DNA of 64,000 nt from Octopus vulgaris. Taxonomy: Eukaryota. Location of the stretch: positions 14,074,001 through 14,138,000 of the forward strand of contig OX597830.1 in the NCBI GenBank assembly GCA_951406725.2. The letters run 5' to 3'. Positions 58,776 to 64,000 of this stretch are shown here, piece by piece. Position numbers and translations under genes: made by a program. The stretch's first letter is position 1; each line of letters opens with the position of its first letter. The notes under the pieces were generated by a model that made no database searches, was not told the DNA's origin, and saw only the letters and a list, made by a program, of their open reading frames with translations.

Positions 58776-59537
58776 TAGATAGATAGATAGATATATACAC
58801 ATATATTAAAACTTCCTATGCAACTATGCATGCTTATGTATGTATGTATGCATATATGTATACATATGTGTGTATGTATGTATATAAACGTATGTATATG
58901 TATATGTAGTGCTGAATTTCTCTTGTATTGCATATAACATTTTGGATGATGATTATGATGATGATCACATTAATAATGATCACCATGCAAATGAGCAAAT
59001 ATATATTTATATTTAAATAAACACATTCCACACACACAGATATATTTGAGTGCGCGAACATGTATACATACATACAAACATACATACATATATATATGCA
59101 TATGATTATGTATACATTTGTGTGTATGTATATAATGAAGAACAAATTTTGTAAAATTTTATGAAAATCATAATTTAGAAAGTACAAACATCATAACGTT
59201 ACATGGTTTAGCCTTGATTGGTTTGAATAAGGTGAGCAGAGATGTTTGATGAACAAAGAGACAACCTGGTCATGAGTTCGAAACAGGGGCCGGCTTGTTA
59301 ACCACTGACGTGAAGATGGGGTCGAGAATGGCTTTGGAAAATTCTGACACTCATTTGTTGTATAAATATATCCATACATACAAAGATACACACACATAAA
59401 TACAAACATACACACACACACACACACACACATTCACAAACACACACATACACCTGTAAGTATATGGATATATATATATATATATACGTACGTATATATA
59501 TGTAAACGTATATGTGCATACATATACATATAAATTA

Positions 59538-59600
<63 letters not shown>

Positions 59601-60162
59601 TACCTGTAATATCGGTGTGTATATGTATATAAATATATATATATATATAAATCTATATAAATATATATAAATCTATATGTTTGTGTATATATGTATATAT
59701 ATAAATGTACATATATGTGTGTATAGATATTGCTATAGATATTTATAAATTGAGATATATAGATATATATATATATAGGCTATAATAGTATATAGGTTTA
59801 TACATATATATACTTATGTGGCTGTAATTGTATATATGTTTATATATATATATGTATATATATATATATGTTTAGATATTATATATATGTATATATGTGT
59901 GTGTGTGTGTATGTGTGTGTGTGTGAGTGTGTGTCTATAATGTGTGAAAATATATTTGTGTATAAATATATATATATCTATATTTAAATATGTATGTGTA
60001 TATGTATGTATATACATATGTATATACGTATACATACACACATATACATATATATGTACGTTTATATGCATATACATATGTATGTACATATACATACACA
60101 CAGGCATACGTCTATCTATCTATCTATCTATCTCTCTATCTATCTATCTATCTGTATATATA

Positions 60163-60216
<54 letters not shown>

Positions 60217-60263
60217 CATATATATACATAAAGATATATATACATGCGTGTATATAATCCTGC

Positions 60264-60312
<49 letters not shown>

Positions 60313-60562
60313 ATATATATATATATATGCATACACACACAAACATATATATATACATATATACTTTTATTTTCCTGTAATGAATTGCTCTACGGCCAGG
60401 TTATAGCACGGCCTTCATATTTTGAGCCGATTTGATCGCCCTAACGAGTTATTTAAGTCTAATCTGTTTTTTCTTTATTAATCTCTGCTAGGTCTACAGA
60501 ACATATGGGAGCTCAGCTTCCTGAATACCGGTTATACCACTGGTATAATGTTTTAGGTGTAT

Positions 60563-61153
60563 GCATAGGAGTGGCTGTGTGATAAGTAGCTTGCTAACCA
60601 ACCACATGGTTCCGGGTTCAGTCCCACTGCGTGGCATCTTGGGCAAGTGTCTTCTGCTATAGCCCCGGGCCGACCAATGCCTTGTGAGTGGATTTGGTAG
60701 ACGGAAACTGAAAGAAGCCCGTCGTATATATGTATATATATATATGTGTGTTTGTTTGTGTGTCTGTGTTTGTTCCCCCTAGCATTGCTTGACAACCGAT
60801 GCTGGTGTGTTTACGTCCCCGTCAATTAGCGGTTCGGCAAAAAAGAGACCGATAGAATAAGTACTGGGCTTACAAGAAGAATAAGTCCCGGGGTCGAATT
60901 GCTCGATTAAAGGCGGTGCTCCAGCATGGCCGCAGTCAAACGACTGAAACAAGTAAAAGAGAAAGAGAAAGAGAATACATAAAGGCACTGTCGCGGCTGT
61001 GTGGTAAGAAGCTTTGTTTCCCGGCCACATGGTTTAGGGTTCAGTCCCACGACGTTGCACCCGTGAGACCAAAGCCTTGTGAGTGGGTTTGCTGAAAGGA
61101 GCCTGTTGTGGTATGTGTGCTGTACGTGCTTATATATATATATACAGGCGACA

Positions 61154-61195
<42 letters not shown>

Positions 61196-61212
61196 ACAGG
61201 TTTATATATACA

Positions 61213-61265
<53 letters not shown>

Positions 61266-61500
61266 GTATGTATGTATACGTATGTATGTCAGCGTCTTTG
61301 TGTCTGTGTTTGTCTCCCACCACTGCTTGACAACCGACGTTGGTGTGTTTATACCCTCCGCAAGCTAGTGGTTCGTCAAAAGTGTCCGATAGAATAAGTA
61401 CTAGACTTAAAAATATCTGTCTTGGGGTCAACTTTTCGGCCAAAACCCTTGAAGGTTGTGCCCCAGCATGGCAGCAAAGAAATGACTAAAACAAGAGAAA
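60563..61500 (+). mobile_element. Two tandem SINE family A copies (young 60563-60976, old 60990-61500)
   Basis: Matches to family A. Confidence 0.85.
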
Positions 61501-61510
61501 GATGTGTTTG

Positions 61511-61553
<43 letters not shown>

Positions 61554-61598
61554 GTATAGATGTATACTTATATATATAAATAGATAGATAGATATATA

Positions 61599-61655
<57 letters not shown>

Positions 61656-61688
61656 TTGTGTATGTATAGATAGATACATATATACATA

Positions 61689-61729
<41 letters not shown>

Positions 61730-62404
61730 ATATATCCATATTTACACACAGCTATATGTTCACACACACACACATACACACTGATACACACGCAAACACT
61801 CACACGTAAGTCACTACGGCGTCCCGGTTTCAATACTTGGGAAATCAAAATATCACTGCCATTGCATGGTGTCGTCGAACCGTTTTAAGTAAAATAGTGA
61901 ATGGGGTGACAATGTAGACGACTGGTGGATGGAACTAATTCAAATGTGCAGGCCCACCCTGTGTGTTCACTGATTCCTTAGGGTAAGAGTAAATGTCTCT
62001 TTCGAATACTCTCACCCATTTTAATAAAGTGACCCGATTGTTCAGGTTCTTGAGTTGTCCATTCACTAACACAAATTACACAGACATACGTTTGTGTGTA
62101 TGCATATGTGTGTGTATATATATATATTTTTGTGTGTGGGGGTGTATGTATGTATGTATATGTGGATATATAAATATATATATATATATAGAGAGAGAGA
62201 GATGTATATATATATATATACATACATGACGATATTTATATATATATATGTACACGTACACACATACACACATATATATGAATACATGCATATATATAAA
62301 TGTATATATATATATACACATGTAAATACATATTCATATCTATCTATCTATCTACGTTTGTTTGTATGTCTCTGTATGTGTGTGTCTGTCTGTCTCTCTC
62401 TCTC

Positions 62405-62440
<36 letters not shown>

Positions 62441-62574
62441 CATACACGTATTCATGCATACTTGTATGTATGTCTGTATGTCTGTATGTATGTATGTATG
62501 TACGTATGTATGTATGTATGTATGTATGTATGTATGTATGTATGTATGTATGTATGTATGTATGTATGCGTTAG

Positions 62575-62827
62575 CTTTTATATTTTTTAGTCATGCTGTG
62601 GTTATGCCCTGTCGGATTCAGTCGAACAAGCCGACCTCGTTATTATTTTATCCAGGGCCCGAAACTTTTTCCTACCGGTGTGCTTGGCCGAAAATGCTAA
62701 TTTAAGGGGCCATTGAGAAGCAGCCACGGTTTGTCAAGGGTCAAACACACGTATTCCTGCATATATTCGCACTTGTATAAATACACACATAAATTCATAC
62801 TCAAACACACACACACACATACATACA

Positions 62828-62886
<59 letters not shown>

Positions 62887-63047
62887 GACAGGCTTCTTTC
62901 AGTTTCCTGTCTACCAAATCTACTCACAAGGCATTGGTCGGCCCGAGGCTATAGTAGAAGACACTTGCCCAAGATGCCACGCAGTGGGACTGAACCCAGA
63001 ATCATGTGGTTGGTTAGCAAGCTACTTACCACACAGCCACTCCTGCG

Positions 63048-63141
<94 letters not shown>

Positions 63142-63570
63142 CGTGTGTGTGTATGTGTCGAATATATAGATCATACGTTTACAATACATAGGCATGGGTG
63201 CGAGGTAAGTAGTTTGTTCGCCTACCACCTGCTTCCGTGTTCAGTCCCACTGCGTAGACGTCTTCTATTGTAGCCTCGGGTCCTCTAGAACTTTGTTAGT
63301 AGAGATAAGTATGTAAATCTGTGTGTGTGTGTGTGTTCGTGAATGTGTATGTGTGTTTGTCAGCGTGTGTGTGTGTTTATGACAGCTTGTCTTCGTCTTT
63401 CCCCAATCAGTGCTTGACAACCGGTGTTGGTGTGTACACGTCCTCCGAACCCCTAGCGGATCAGCGTAAACGACCGATAGAAAAAGTACCATGCTTGAAA
63501 AGATAAGCTCTGAGATCGATGCATTCGATCACAATACTCCAAGGTGGTGCCCAAACATGACTACAGTCTA
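62575..63570. mobile_element. SINE family A copies (minus 62575-63049, degenerate plus 63190-63570)
   Basis: Matches to family A head and tail. Confidence 0.7.
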
Positions 63571-63584
63571 AATATTTAAATTTA

Positions 63585-63639
<55 letters not shown>

Positions 63640-63649
63640 CATAGATATA

Positions 63650-63686
<37 letters not shown>

Positions 63687-63750
63687 ATGCGTGTTTGTGT
63701 GAGTGTGTTTGTATGCATGTATTGGCGATCCGCGCACACACACACCACAC

Positions 63751-63808
<58 letters not shown>

Positions 63809-64000
63809 AGACAATCACTCACTGCGGAAGAGAATTTGAAAAAGTTAAAGTACCAAGACTTAGGATTTTGGAAAATTTTGATAAAAGCCTTGAACAAAAT
63901 ATCCTGGCCCCAGAATAAACTTTTGAAGCATTTCCACTACTACAACGCGATCTTCGTCTCACTTTTGTTCCATCTAATCTCACTTTCTATCTCTATGTAT

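Overview
Eukaryotic, AT-rich, gene-poor DNA dominated by microsatellites and transposable elements. The SINE repertoire resembles what I recall of octopus (coleoid cephalopod) genomes; this is inference. No host protein-coding gene can be called with confidence, and almost all ORFs in the track are microsatellite or SINE artefacts. Recognisable elements: an internally deleted Helitron; four tRNA-headed SINE families (several copies with TSDs, some nested or multimeric); two copies of an 8-bp-TSD, GG-terminal (Merlin-like) MITE carrying (CCCTAA)n telomeric arrays; an RT-less Gypsy-type remnant; a full-length 1283-bp mariner with five nonsense codons and no frameshift; a cluster of R4/Dong-type RLE LINE fragments in a (TAA)n-rich zone; and RTE-like and L1/Tx1-like fragments. 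The most interesting signals are a dispersed ~210-bp non-coding repeat containing a minimal type I hammerhead ribozyme (one intact copy, one core-mutated), a perfect 29-bp hairpin that looks hammerhead-derived, the telomere-repeat MITE, apparent self-targeting SINE multimers, and a tRNA-like Pol III cassette.
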